From: Lachnospiraceae bacterium
GTDB taxonomy: Bacteria > Bacillota > Clostridia > Lachnospirales > Lachnospiraceae
DNA length: 64,000 nt
Direction of reading: 5' to 3'
Assembly (NCBI GenBank): GCA_014804365.1
Contig: JAAUZX010000045.1
Span: 2,458-66,457 of the forward strand
Under the pieces are notes generated by a model, which was not told where the DNA came from, ran no database searches, and worked only from the letters and a program-made list of their open reading frames with translations. The position numbers and the translations under genes were made by a program. How positions within the stretch are numbered: position 1 is the first letter of the stretch; every line of letters starts with the position of its first letter. Positions 9,866 to 19,013 of the stretch are shown here, piece by piece.

Positions 9866-10744
9866 CTACAGCTTCTTCCCGGTCAACAGCTCATAGCCTT
9901 GCAGATATTTATCGATCGTCTTCTGCACGATATCTTCCGGCAGGGTCCAGTCATGTCCCTCATTGCTCTTGAGCCAGTCTCTTGCAAACTGCTTGTCGAA
10001 GGAAGGCTGTGCATGACCCGGCTCGTAGCCGTCTGCGGGCCAGAAACGGGAACTGTCGGGAGTTAGCATCTCATCGCCCAGAACGATATTGCCGTTTTCG
10101 TCCAGACCGAACTCAAACTTTGTATCTGCGATTATGATCCCGCGCGTCAGCGCATATTCCGCACATTTCTTGTAGAGAGCGATGGTGTAGTCACGAAGCT
10201 TGGAGGCATATTCCTCGCCCTTGCCGGGAAATCTCTTTTCCAGATAATTCACGCTCTGCTCGTAGGAGATATTCTCGTCATGGTCGCCGATTTCCGCTTT
10301 TGTGGAAGGGGTATAGATCGGTTCCAGCAGTTTGTCGGATTCCTCCAAGCCTTCCGGCAGCTTAATGCCGCATACGGTGCCGTTCTTTACGTAGCTTGCC
10401 CAGCCGCTTCCTGTGATGTAGCCGCGCACGATGCACTCGATGGGAAGCATCTCTAATTTACGGCACAGCATACTGTTACCGTCGAATTTCTCCTGCCTGA
10501 AAAATTCCGGCATATCGTTCACGTCCACGGAGATCATGTGGTTAGGCAGAATATCCTGTGTCATGTCGAACCAGAACTTAGACATTTGCGTCAGGACAGT
10601 ACCTTTCTTGGTCACCTGGTTTTTCAGGATCACATCGAAACAGCTAATACGATCCGTGGCAACCATGATCAGGCTGTCGCCGTTGTCGTAGATCTCACGT
10701 ACTTTACCTTCTTTGATCGGTTTTAATTCAGTCATGTTTATCAT
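9866..10744 (-). CDS. purC: Phosphoribosylaminoimidazole-succinocarboxamide (SAICAR) synthase
   Basis: GKVREIY, DRISCFD, ECIVRGY, IADTKFEFG, DEMLTPDSSRFW, SFDKQ. Confidence 0.96.
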   Translation of the reverse strand: MINMTELKPIKEGKVREIYDNGDSLIMVATDRISCFDVILKNQVTKKGTVLTQMSKFWFDMTQDILPNHMISVDVNDMPEFFRQEKFDGNSMLCRKLEMLPIECIVRGYITGSGWASYVKNGTVCGIKLPEGLEESDKLLEPIYTPSTKAEIGDHDENISYEQSVNYLEKRFPGKGEEYASKLRDYTIALYKKCAEYALTRGIIIADTKFEFGLDENGNIVLGDEMLTPDSSRFWPADGYEPGHAQPSFDKQFARDWLKSNEGHDWTLPEDIVQKTIDKYLQGYELLTGKKL

Positions 10745-10849
10745 TATTCCTTTCTTTTAGCGCACATATAAGACAGCATGGTTTGTTGCAGAGCGTCTTT
10801 TATGTACGGTTTTCTTCTATATAATAGTTTCGTGATATTACATGAGTAG

Positions 10850-10879
10850 ATTATACACGAACATCATATAGCTTTACAA
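10850..10879 (-). promoter_or_regulatory. purC promoter with an embedded PurBox-like site
   Basis: Minus strand TTGTAA-18 nt-TATAAT; ATACACGAACATCA overlapping it resembles the Bacillus PurR PurBox (CGAAC core). Confidence 0.45.
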
Positions 10880-10948
10880 GTAATATAACGAGTTTTTTAT
10901 TTGTCATGGAAAAACTAGGTTGCTTTTCACACCCACGCCACAGCCTAA

Positions 10949-11085
10949 GCTCAGAGGGGAGTTAATATCTGAAGGAACCCCTTAAAAAGCGTCGGCACTT
11001 GACGAGGTATTTAACGAGTCTAGTGTCCGCTACGCTTTTTACGGAGCGAGAGCGCGGTGACGCAGATATTAACTCCCCTCTGAGC
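10949..11085 (-). repeat. Dispersed palindromic element, family B (MITE/REP-like), full copy
   Basis: Perfect 22-bp terminal inverted repeat GCTCAGAGGGGAGTTAATATCT; interior is the reverse-complement homolog of 37211-37362. Confidence 0.85.
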
Positions 11086-11113
11086 GACCGGTTTGCTAAC
11101 ATATGAAAAGTTG

Positions 11114-11165
11114 CGGAGCGAAAGCACGACTTCATAGATATTAACTTCCATCTGCGCGTCCGTCC
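11114..11165 (-). repeat. Family B element, partial (left-arm) copy
   Basis: Reverse complement GGACGGACGCGCAGATGGAAGTTAATATCTATGAAGTCGTGCTTTCGCTCCG aligns with 37203-37254. Confidence 0.75.
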
Positions 11166-11215
11166 TAGATATGCTGTGAAAAGTAACCAACCATACACAA
11201 AATCGAAAACTTTTC

Positions 11216-11244
11216 TTGTAAAAACCCCACAATTCCATTATAAT
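11216..11244 (+). promoter_or_regulatory. sigma-A type promoter for the OPT gene
   Basis: TTGTAA-17 nt-TATAAT. Confidence 0.55.
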
Positions 11245-11283
11245 TTGACTGTATACACTAATACAGCAAAGGAGAGGGATAAG

Positions 11284-13182
11284 ATGAACGAAAACAAAGA
11301 GTTCAAACCGTATATTCCCGCGGATAAGATTACGCCGGAGTTTACGGGGACATCGATCGTTATGGGAGTTATCCTCGCCATCGTATTCGGTGCGGCAAAT
11401 GCGTACCTGGGGCTTCGTGTGGGCATGACCGTGTCCGCGTCGATTCCGGCGGCGGTTATTTCCATGGGTGTGATCCGTGTCATCATGAAGAAAAACTCCA
11501 TTTTGGAGAGTAACATGGTGCAGACAATCGGTTCTGCCGGTGAGTCATTGGCGGCCGGTGCGATTTTTACCATGCCGGCGTTATTCCTGTGGGCGAATGA
11601 AGGATTGTGTGACAGACCGAGTCTTGTGGAGATTACGCTGATTGCACTCTGCGGCGGCGTGCTGGGCGTACTGTTTATGATTCCGCTTCGTAACGCGCTG
11701 ATCGTTAAGGAACATGCCACGCTCCAGTATCCGGAAGGAACGGCCTGCGCGGAAGTGCTTCTTGCAGGTGAAGAGGGCGGCTCCGACGCCTCCACCGTAT
11801 TCAGCGGTATGGGATTAGCAGCCGTATTCAAGTTCCTTGTGGACGGTATCAAGGTCATTCCGGCTGATGTTGCAGCCGAGTTCCGCTCTTTTAAGGGCGA
11901 ACTGGGAATGGAAGTGTATCCGGCACTCCTCGGCGTAGGTTATATCGTGGGCCCGAAGATTGCTTCCTATATGTTTGTGGGATCGTTGGTCGGATGGATG
12001 GTGCTCATTCCGATGATCTGCCTGTTCGGCGCGGATGTATGGATGTATCCGGCTGAAGTGGGAACGACGATCGGGCAGCTTTATGAGAGCGGCGGCGCTT
12101 CGCAGATCTGGAGTTCTTATGTGAGATATATCGGTGCAGGCGCGATTGCGACGGGAGGTATCATTTCCCTGATCAAATCCTTGCCGCTTATTGTTACGAC
12201 CTTCAGGGATTCCATTAAGAGTATGAAGGGCAGTAAAGATACGAGCGGTGCGAGAACGGCGCAGGATCTGCCCATGGGCGTAGTACTGGCCGGTATTGCG
12301 GCAATGGTTATCATTATCTGGCTGGTTCCCGCAATACCCGTTACTTTCCTAGGGGCACTGCTTATCGTAGTATTCGGTTTCTTCTTTGCAACCGTATCTT
12401 CACGTATGGTAGGGTTGATCGGAAGTTCCAATAATCCGGTGTCCGGTATGGCTATTGCCACGCTTTTGATTGCAACAATGTCTATTAAAGCAACAGGTGA
12501 CAGCGGCATTACAGGTATGATGGGTGCGATCGCAATCGGATCGGTGATCTGTATTATTGCGGCGATTGCCGGTGATACATCACAGGATTTGAAGACGGGT
12601 TATTTACTTGGCGCAACACCGAAGAAACAGCAGATTGGTGAACTTATCGGTATAGTTGCCGCGGGTCTTGCCATCGGCGGCGTATTGTATCTGTTGAATA
12701 ATGCATGGGGTTATGGCGGTGCGGAAGTTCCGGCTCCTCAGGCGACATTGATGAAGATGATCGTAGAAGGTATCATGGGTGGTGATCTGCCCTGGAATCT
12801 TGTATTTATCGGTGTATTCCTTGCACTTGGTCTGGAAATCCTGAGAGTTCCGGTTATGCCTTTTGCCATCGGTCTGTATCTGCCGATCTACTTAAATGCC
12901 AGCATCATGGTCGGCGGTGTAGTGCGCATGGTTATGGATGCACGGAAGAAAGTAGACGAAAAGACCAAAGAGCGTCAGGCTACCGACGGTACCTTATACT
13001 GTGCGGGTATGATTGCCGGAGAAGGTCTGGTAGGTATCCTGCTTGCGATTCTTGCGGTCGGAGGTATCTCCATGGATCTGTCCGGTTCATTGAACCTCGG
13101 TAATATCGGCGGCGTTGTACTGATGATCGTGATGATCCTGTGTCTGCTTAAGTTCTCTTTGTGGAAGAAGAGTAAGAACTGA
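11284..13182 (+). CDS. OPT family oligopeptide transporter
   Basis: NAYLGLRVGMTVSASIPAA, ESNMVQTIGSAG, YPEGTACA, SQDLKTG..GATP, APQATLM; many TM helices; RBS AGGAGAGG. Confidence 0.93.
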   Translation: MNENKEFKPYIPADKITPEFTGTSIVMGVILAIVFGAANAYLGLRVGMTVSASIPAAVISMGVIRVIMKKNSILESNMVQTIGSAGESLAAGAIFTMPALFLWANEGLCDRPSLVEITLIALCGGVLGVLFMIPLRNALIVKEHATLQYPEGTACAEVLLAGEEGGSDASTVFSGMGLAAVFKFLVDGIKVIPADVAAEFRSFKGELGMEVYPALLGVGYIVGPKIASYMFVGSLVGWMVLIPMICLFGADVWMYPAEVGTTIGQLYESGGASQIWSSYVRYIGAGAIATGGIISLIKSLPLIVTTFRDSIKSMKGSKDTSGARTAQDLPMGVVLAGIAAMVIIIWLVPAIPVTFLGALLIVVFGFFFATVSSRMVGLIGSSNNPVSGMAIATLLIATMSIKATGDSGITGMMGAIAIGSVICIIAAIAGDTSQDLKTGYLLGATPKKQQIGELIGIVAAGLAIGGVLYLLNNAWGYGGAEVPAPQATLMKMIVEGIMGGDLPWNLVFIGVFLALGLEILRVPVMPFAIGLYLPIYLNASIMVGGVVRMVMDARKKVDEKTKERQATDGTLYCAGMIAGEGLVGILLAILAVGGISMDLSGSLNLGNIGGVVLMIVMILCLLKFSLWKKSKN

Positions 13183-13538
13183 TGAAGAAGAAAAAACAGC
13201 AGGTGAATTATCTTGATCTGATTCCTGAACGGGCAGCAGAGCTTACGTGGAGTGAGGATGAAGAGGGACTGATTATTCTGGAAGTTGAAAATACGGGAAT
13301 ATTCAACCGTGTTGCCCAGAAGCTTTTCAAACGTCCGAAATATACGAAGGTTCATATGGAGAAGTACGGCAGCTTCCTCTGGCCGTTGATTGACGGAGAG
13401 CGGACGGTGATGGAACTTGCCGATCTTCAGAAAGCAGAATTCGGTGATGAAGTTGAACCTTTATATCCGCGTGTGGCGAAATATATGCAGATCATGGAGA
13501 GTTATCATTTTATCAAGTTTAAGGATAGAAATTACTAA
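13182..13538 (+). CDS. PqqD family (RiPP recognition element-like) protein
   Basis: GSFLWPLIDGERTVMELA...FG..V...RVAKYMQIMESYHFI PqqD-type pattern; TGATG overlap with the OPT gene. Confidence 0.8.
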   Translation: MKKKKQQVNYLDLIPERAAELTWSEDEEGLIILEVENTGIFNRVAQKLFKRPKYTKVHMEKYGSFLWPLIDGERTVMELADLQKAEFGDEVEPLYPRVAKYMQIMESYHFIKFKDRNY

Positions 13539-13549
13539 AGTAATAGACC

Positions 13550-13579
13550 AAAAAGGTAGGACTTGCTCCTGCCTTTTTG
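13550..13579 (+). terminator. Intrinsic terminator after pqqD
   Basis: AAAAAGGTAGGA-CTTGC-TCCTGCCTTTTT. Confidence 0.7.
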
Positions 13580-13786
13580 ATTTATATGTAACAATAACGA
13601 ACGAGGAAGACAAAGAAGTTTCATTGGAGATTCTGGAAGGACAGTCAAAATATCGACATAAAAATAAAAAAATGACACCTCAAAAAAAAATAGTGCCTTT
13701 CTTAAAAAAAAGATAAAGAATAAAATAGAATGGTAATCAGTCTGTAATAAGACACATTGATATTATAAAAAAAGGAGGATTTCATT

Positions 13787-15286
13787 ATGAAAATGAAAAA
13801 AGTAACAGCGCTTTTATTGGCTGGCCTGATGACTCTTTCCATGACTGCATGTGGAAATAGTGGTGATTCCGGCAATAATGCGCAATCGTCAGATTCTTCA
13901 AGCTCTGACGCAGACACTGAAAGTACAGGTACGGAAGCTGAAGGTACAGACGCTGAAAGTACAGGTACAGAAACGGCGGATGGAGTTACCAATCTTGTCC
14001 TTTGGACATGGAATGATGACGCTCTTACATTTGCTAAGAAGTTTAACGAGACCCATGACAATATTCAGGTTGAAGCTATTAACGTAGCGGCATCTGGTGA
14101 ATATGAGACTAAGGTACAGACCGCATTACTTGGCGGTGAAAAAGAGCCGGATCTTATCGGCGCTGAGCCCGGCTGGATAACTATGTTCATGGAGGCAGGA
14201 TTCTTTGCAAATCTTGATGATTTTGGCGCAAAGGATTACGAAGGAGTTCAGGTTGATTATGTTTGGCAGGAAGGCCAGGATGAGAGCGGCGTTCAGAGAG
14301 CGATTTCTTACCAGATCACACCGGCAGGCTTCTACTACAGAAGAGATGTTGCTGAAGCAGTTTTCGGCTATTCTGATCCGGAATCCGTTGCTAAGCTGTT
14401 CACAAGCTATGAGACCATCATGGAAGCTGCAAGAGAAGCTAAGGCAAAGGGATACAGACTTTTTGCTTCCGACAGTGAGTTGGCTTACTGCACCTATAAC
14501 GATCCTTGGGTTGTTGACGGCGCTCTTAATCTGAATGATGAAAGACTTGATAGAATGGAAATGACCAGCGCTTTCTACAATGAGGGTCTTACGGCCTATG
14601 CTGCACCGTGGACAACACCTTGGTATCAGTCCATGGCTGGAGAGGTTCCTGTCCTTACTGAGGAAGTACAGTGGGGTACTGATGATCTTAATGTTTGGGC
14701 TGGTGACAGCGAAGAGGCAGCAGAAGATTTCATGGCGCAGGCTGCAGCTTTAGGATTTAATGAAACAACAGAATGTATGGCATTTGGTTTACCTTCATGG
14801 GGCAATCTGATTCTTCAGAACCATGCAGGCGATACATTTGGTAACTGGGGATTCGTTGCAGGCCCGACTGCTGGCTGGGGCGGCGGCTCTTACTTCGGAA
14901 TTTCCGAGAACTCTGAAAAGAAGGATGCTGCTTGGGAGTTCATTAAGTGGATGACTCTTGATGAGGAGACCCTTGAATGGTGGTATCAGGAAGGCGGCGA
15001 CCAGGGAACAGGCGGAGATGCTGTATCTATAGTAGCCCTGCTTGAGAAACACTCTGGTGATACCAATGAAGCTTATGGCGGACAGACTCTTTACAAAGAG
15101 TGGATGGAAGTTGCTAAGGACATTGATTTCAGTGTAGAGACCAAGTATGATAGCGATCTGAATAATAAATGGGGCGAGGCTATTTCCAATTATAAGACAG
15201 GACAGATGACGAAGGATGAGGCTGTTAACTATTTCTATGATCAGGTAGAATCTACTTACGCCGGAGAAATCACGGTTTATAGATAA
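13787..15286 (+). CDS. Carbohydrate ABC transporter substrate-binding lipoprotein
   Basis: Lipobox MTAC, Ser/Thr/acidic linker, LWTW, FYYRRD, WGGGSYFGI, AWEFIKW; RBS AGGAGG. Confidence 0.9.
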   Translation: MKMKKVTALLLAGLMTLSMTACGNSGDSGNNAQSSDSSSSDADTESTGTEAEGTDAESTGTETADGVTNLVLWTWNDDALTFAKKFNETHDNIQVEAINVAASGEYETKVQTALLGGEKEPDLIGAEPGWITMFMEAGFFANLDDFGAKDYEGVQVDYVWQEGQDESGVQRAISYQITPAGFYYRRDVAEAVFGYSDPESVAKLFTSYETIMEAAREAKAKGYRLFASDSELAYCTYNDPWVVDGALNLNDERLDRMEMTSAFYNEGLTAYAAPWTTPWYQSMAGEVPVLTEEVQWGTDDLNVWAGDSEEAAEDFMAQAAALGFNETTECMAFGLPSWGNLILQNHAGDTFGNWGFVAGPTAGWGGGSYFGISENSEKKDAAWEFIKWMTLDEETLEWWYQEGGDQGTGGDAVSIVALLEKHSGDTNEAYGGQTLYKEWMEVAKDIDFSVETKYDSDLNNKWGEAISNYKTGQMTKDEAVNYFYDQVESTYAGEITVYR

Positions 15287-15403
15287 TTTAGCCCACTCAA
15301 AGTATTTTAAAGTATCGTGTTGTCATGTATGCTAAGTAGATGTGGGGACGTATATTACGTCCTCCATCTTCTTATATTGATGATTCCCGGAGGAGATAGA
15401 TAT

Positions 15404-16345
15404 ATGCAGAAACAACCCAAAAAAAAGAGAAGTAAGTTAAAGGCTTACAATAACTGGGGTTATTTTTTTGTGGCTCCATTTGTTATTGCTTTTCTAATTT
15501 TCAGCGTTTATCCTGTTTTGAGAACACTGTATCTGAGTTTCACGGATATTAAGATCATGAAGCTTAACGGAGAAGTTAATTTTGTAGGATTCGACAATTA
15601 TAAACGTGTTTTTTCTGATAAATTCTTTTGGCGCTCGCTCAAGAATACGTTGATTATGTGGGGTGCAAATATTGTTACCCAGTTGGGGCTTGCGTTTATA
15701 CTTATGATGATATTCAGCGACATAAAGTACAAAATGAGGGGGTTGTCAGTATACAGACTTGTGTATTATCTGCCCAATCTGATTGCTGCAACTTCAATTG
15801 CGTTACTTTTTCTCAACTTGCTTGATACACGCTATGGTTCGGTTAATGTGGCGTTGAAACAAATATGTGATACGTTCGGCTGGAAATTTAAATTAATTGA
15901 CTGGTTGGGTACTAAGTGGCCATCAAGAATGTCTATTTCAGGGATTCAGACATGGATGTGGTTCGGTAACTCATTCCTTATGCTCATGGCGGGTGTTCAA
16001 GGTGTGTCGAAAGATTATTTGGAGGCGGCTTCCATAGATGGTGCAGGCCGTTGGACTATTTTCGGTAAGATTACATTGCCTCTTATTAAGCCTATCATGA
16101 TGTATGTAGCAATTACATCCTTTATCGGTGGTTTGCAGTTGTTTGATATCCCGTATCTTATGGTTGCGGAGACATCTCAATCATATCAGTATACACAGAC
16201 AGCTATGATGTACTTATATAGATATGCGTTTAACGCCAGAACGACGCAGACTGCTTATGCTTCGGCAATTGCATACGCATTGTTCATAATCATCTTAATA
16301 GTTTCTGTAATACAGTATAGAATGTTTAACAGGAAGGGGGACTAA
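15404..16345 (+). CDS. Carbohydrate ABC transporter permease (MalF-like)
   Basis: FVGFDNY, EAASIDGA..F.KITLPL EAA loop; RBS GGAGGAG. Confidence 0.92.
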   Translation: MQKQPKKKRSKLKAYNNWGYFFVAPFVIAFLIFSVYPVLRTLYLSFTDIKIMKLNGEVNFVGFDNYKRVFSDKFFWRSLKNTLIMWGANIVTQLGLAFILMMIFSDIKYKMRGLSVYRLVYYLPNLIAATSIALLFLNLLDTRYGSVNVALKQICDTFGWKFKLIDWLGTKWPSRMSISGIQTWMWFGNSFLMLMAGVQGVSKDYLEAASIDGAGRWTIFGKITLPLIKPIMMYVAITSFIGGLQLFDIPYLMVAETSQSYQYTQTAMMYLYRYAFNARTTQTAYASAIAYALFIIILIVSVIQYRMFNRKGD

Positions 16346-16349
16346 GAGA

Positions 16350-17189
16350 ATGAAGCATCCGGTCGGATATACTATAAAGAAAACGATACTTTATATTTGT
16401 CTTACATTACTTGCGATTATTTGTCTTTTGCCTTTCGCAATGATGATGATAAATGCAACGCGTACCTCTGATCAGATTGTCAAGGGATTTTCTCTTATTC
16501 CGGGAACAGCCCTTGCACATAACTGGGAGGTTGTATTTAGTTACTTTAACCTATTTAAAGGTATGTTAAACAGTTTGATCGTTGCATTGCCTGCAACATT
16601 TCTTGGTGCGTATTTCCCTGCAATGACTGCATATGGACTTGCATGTTATGATTTTAAGGGTAACAAGCTTATCTTTTGGGTAATCCTTGTATTTATGATG
16701 ATTCCCGGTACGCTTTCCATGATTGGATTCTACCAGTTATGTTCCACATTGCACATTACGAACAGTTATATACCTTTGATTGTTCCGGCAATTGCAGGTA
16801 CAGGAACTGTATTCTTCCTAAGACAATACATTATATCTTCTCTGTCGCCTTCTCTGGTTGAAGCGGCAAGAATGGATGGAGCAAGTGAACTGTATATATT
16901 CCATAGAGTTGTTTTACCAATTGTGTTTCCCGCTATCGCGACGTTCTCTATTATGTCATTTATCGGTAACTGGAACAGTTACTTACTGCCTATGATTATT
17001 TTAAATAGCCCTCAGAAGTATACATTGCCCGTTCAGTTGGCATCCTTACGTTCTTCAACAGATATCACAGAAAACTACGGTGCTATTTACTTGTGTATTG
17101 CAATTTCGATGGTACCTATCATCTTGGTATTTATTACATTTTCTAAGTATATTATAAGCAGTGTCTCGGCAGGTGCTGTCAAAGAATAA
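16350..17189 (+). CDS. Carbohydrate ABC transporter permease (MalG-like)
   Basis: EAARMDGASE..IF..VVLP, WNSYLLP, GAVKE terminus. Confidence 0.92.
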   Translation: MKHPVGYTIKKTILYICLTLLAIICLLPFAMMMINATRTSDQIVKGFSLIPGTALAHNWEVVFSYFNLFKGMLNSLIVALPATFLGAYFPAMTAYGLACYDFKGNKLIFWVILVFMMIPGTLSMIGFYQLCSTLHITNSYIPLIVPAIAGTGTVFFLRQYIISSLSPSLVEAARMDGASELYIFHRVVLPIVFPAIATFSIMSFIGNWNSYLLPMIILNSPQKYTLPVQLASLRSSTDITENYGAIYLCIAISMVPIILVFITFSKYIISSVSAGAVKE

Positions 17190-17221
17190 AAAACAAAAAA
17201 ACATAATAGAAGTGTGATAAA

Positions 17222-17257
17222 AAAGCAGTATTCCGGCAGCGGAGTACTGCTTTGTTT
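17222..17257 (+). terminator. Intrinsic terminator after the ABC permeases
   Basis: AAAGCAGTATTCCG-GCAG-CGGAGTACTGCTTT-GTTT. Confidence 0.7.
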
Positions 17258-17375
17258 AGTTTGAAAATACGTTAACGAAAATACGTTATATAGTTGTTGA
17301 AATAGAGCTTTTGGGGATTTATAATGATTACATATATATATGCTGTAAGATGTCGATATATGGAAAGGCAGAAAT

Positions 17376-19010
17376 GTGAGAGAGAAGATAAAAAGATACG
17401 TTGCGATTGTGGGAATATGGCTTGCCTTAGGCTTGTTGGGAACGGGATGTGCACGAAGCAGTGCGATGTCACAGGAAACGGCAGACACGTCAGCGGATGA
17501 GGATATGCCGGCATGGCAGGAATATGCACAAGAGCCGATCGAGTTTGACTGGTATATCAATTATTCGTGGTTTACGACAGGCTGGGGAGAAAATGTTGTT
17601 TCCCGTAAGATCACGGAAGAAACGGGTGTAAGTCTGAACTTTATCACACCCAGCGGAAATGAGAGCGAGAAACTTAATGCGCTGATTGCGGCGGATTCCC
17701 TTCCGGATTTTATCACGCTCGGCTGGTGGGAATCGCAGGTGGATGAGATGATAAACGCGGACAAGGTCTATGCCCTGAATGAACTTGCGGATGAATATGA
17801 TGCCTATTTTTATCAGGTCAGCGATGCTGATGTGGTCAACTGGTATACCCGGGAGGATGGTAATATATACGGTTATCCTAATTCAAGCTTCACGCCCAAG
17901 GATCTGGAGGAACATGACAATATAGGATCAAATCAGACTTTTATGGTGCGTAAGGATATTTATGAGGCGATCGGAAGTCCGGATATGACAACGCCGGAAG
18001 GATTTCAGGCAGCGGTGGAGAAGGCATATGAAATGTTCCCGGTTGTGGACGGAGAGCCGTTGATTCCGGTTGGGGCGCATGTTTTCAATGAACAGGGAAA
18101 TGTTTCTTTTGACCAGTATCTGATGAATTTTCTGGCAGTGCCCTTTGAAGAGAACGGTGAGATATATGACCGGTATACCAACGAGGATTATATTACCTGG
18201 CTGAAGATGTTCAGAAGGCTTGGCGAAGAAGGGCTGCTTACCGATGATATTTTTATTGATCAGAGGACGCAAATGGAAGAAAAACTGGCAAAAGGCAGAT
18301 ATTTCTGTATGATCTATCAGCATACGGATATGGCAGCGCAGCAGAAAGAACTCTATGCCAGTCATCCGGAGAGGATATATCTCGCGGTGGACGGGCCGAA
18401 AAATCCGGCGGGGGATGACCATACCCTCACGACGACCGGGATCAATGGCTGGACGGTCACTCTTATATCGAAAAATTGTGCACATCCGGAACGTGCGATC
18501 GCTTTTATGGATTATATGCTCAGTGAACAGGGGCAGCTTCGCATTATGCTCGGAGTGGAGGGAGAGACCTTTGATTATGTGGATGGAAAACCGGTGATCA
18601 GGGAGAAGGTCAACCAGCTCTTAAGTACCGACAGGACAGAATATGACAGAATATACGGTGCAGATGATGCGTATTGGATGCTTCAGAACAATGTGATGCA
18701 GCTGCAGTGGCAGCAGGAGATTGCAGAGCCGCTCAGGCAGATCACAGAATGGTCTTATCCTTATGCGTTCTATAACGGACAATATGATTCGTTTCTGCCG
18801 GACGGATCGCAGGAAGCCTATGAGGATAGTAAGATCGAGGCTCTTTGGAGCAAAACGCTTCCTGAGCTCCTGCTGGCGGAATCCGAGGAGCGTTTCGATG
18901 AGATATATGCGCAGTATATTGAGACGAGAGAAGAATATGGATTCGCCCATGTGCAGGCGGCGAAAACGGAGCTGATGAAGGAAGCGAAAGAGAAGTTGGG
19001 AATAAAGTAG
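17376..19010 (+). CDS. Extracellular solute-binding lipoprotein (probable sensor partner of the adjacent kinase)
   Basis: Lipobox GTGC, ITEETGV, LPDFIT, ISKNCAHPERAIAFMDY; lies 3 nt upstream of the kinase gene. Confidence 0.85.
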   Translation: MREKIKRYVAIVGIWLALGLLGTGCARSSAMSQETADTSADEDMPAWQEYAQEPIEFDWYINYSWFTTGWGENVVSRKITEETGVSLNFITPSGNESEKLNALIAADSLPDFITLGWWESQVDEMINADKVYALNELADEYDAYFYQVSDADVVNWYTREDGNIYGYPNSSFTPKDLEEHDNIGSNQTFMVRKDIYEAIGSPDMTTPEGFQAAVEKAYEMFPVVDGEPLIPVGAHVFNEQGNVSFDQYLMNFLAVPFEENGEIYDRYTNEDYITWLKMFRRLGEEGLLTDDIFIDQRTQMEEKLAKGRYFCMIYQHTDMAAQQKELYASHPERIYLAVDGPKNPAGDDHTLTTTGINGWTVTLISKNCAHPERAIAFMDYMLSEQGQLRIMLGVEGETFDYVDGKPVIREKVNQLLSTDRTEYDRIYGADDAYWMLQNNVMQLQWQQEIAEPLRQITEWSYPYAFYNGQYDSFLPDGSQEAYEDSKIEALWSKTLPELLLAESEERFDEIYAQYIETREEYGFAHVQAAKTELMKEAKEKLGIK

Positions 19011-19013
19011 AAG

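Noticed and set aside
10949-11165. Possible CRISPR array from recurring AGATATTAACT..C.TCTG sequences
   Set aside because: Repeats are inverted arms of dispersed elements, not regularly spaced direct repeats with unique spacers; no cas genes
13917-13968. Direct repeat CTGAAAGTACAGGTAC in the SBP gene
   Set aside because: Ordinary duplication within a low-complexity lipoprotein linker
15338-15369. Hairpin between the SBP and first permease gene
   Set aside because: Typical mRNA-stabilising or attenuating stem of sugar ABC operons
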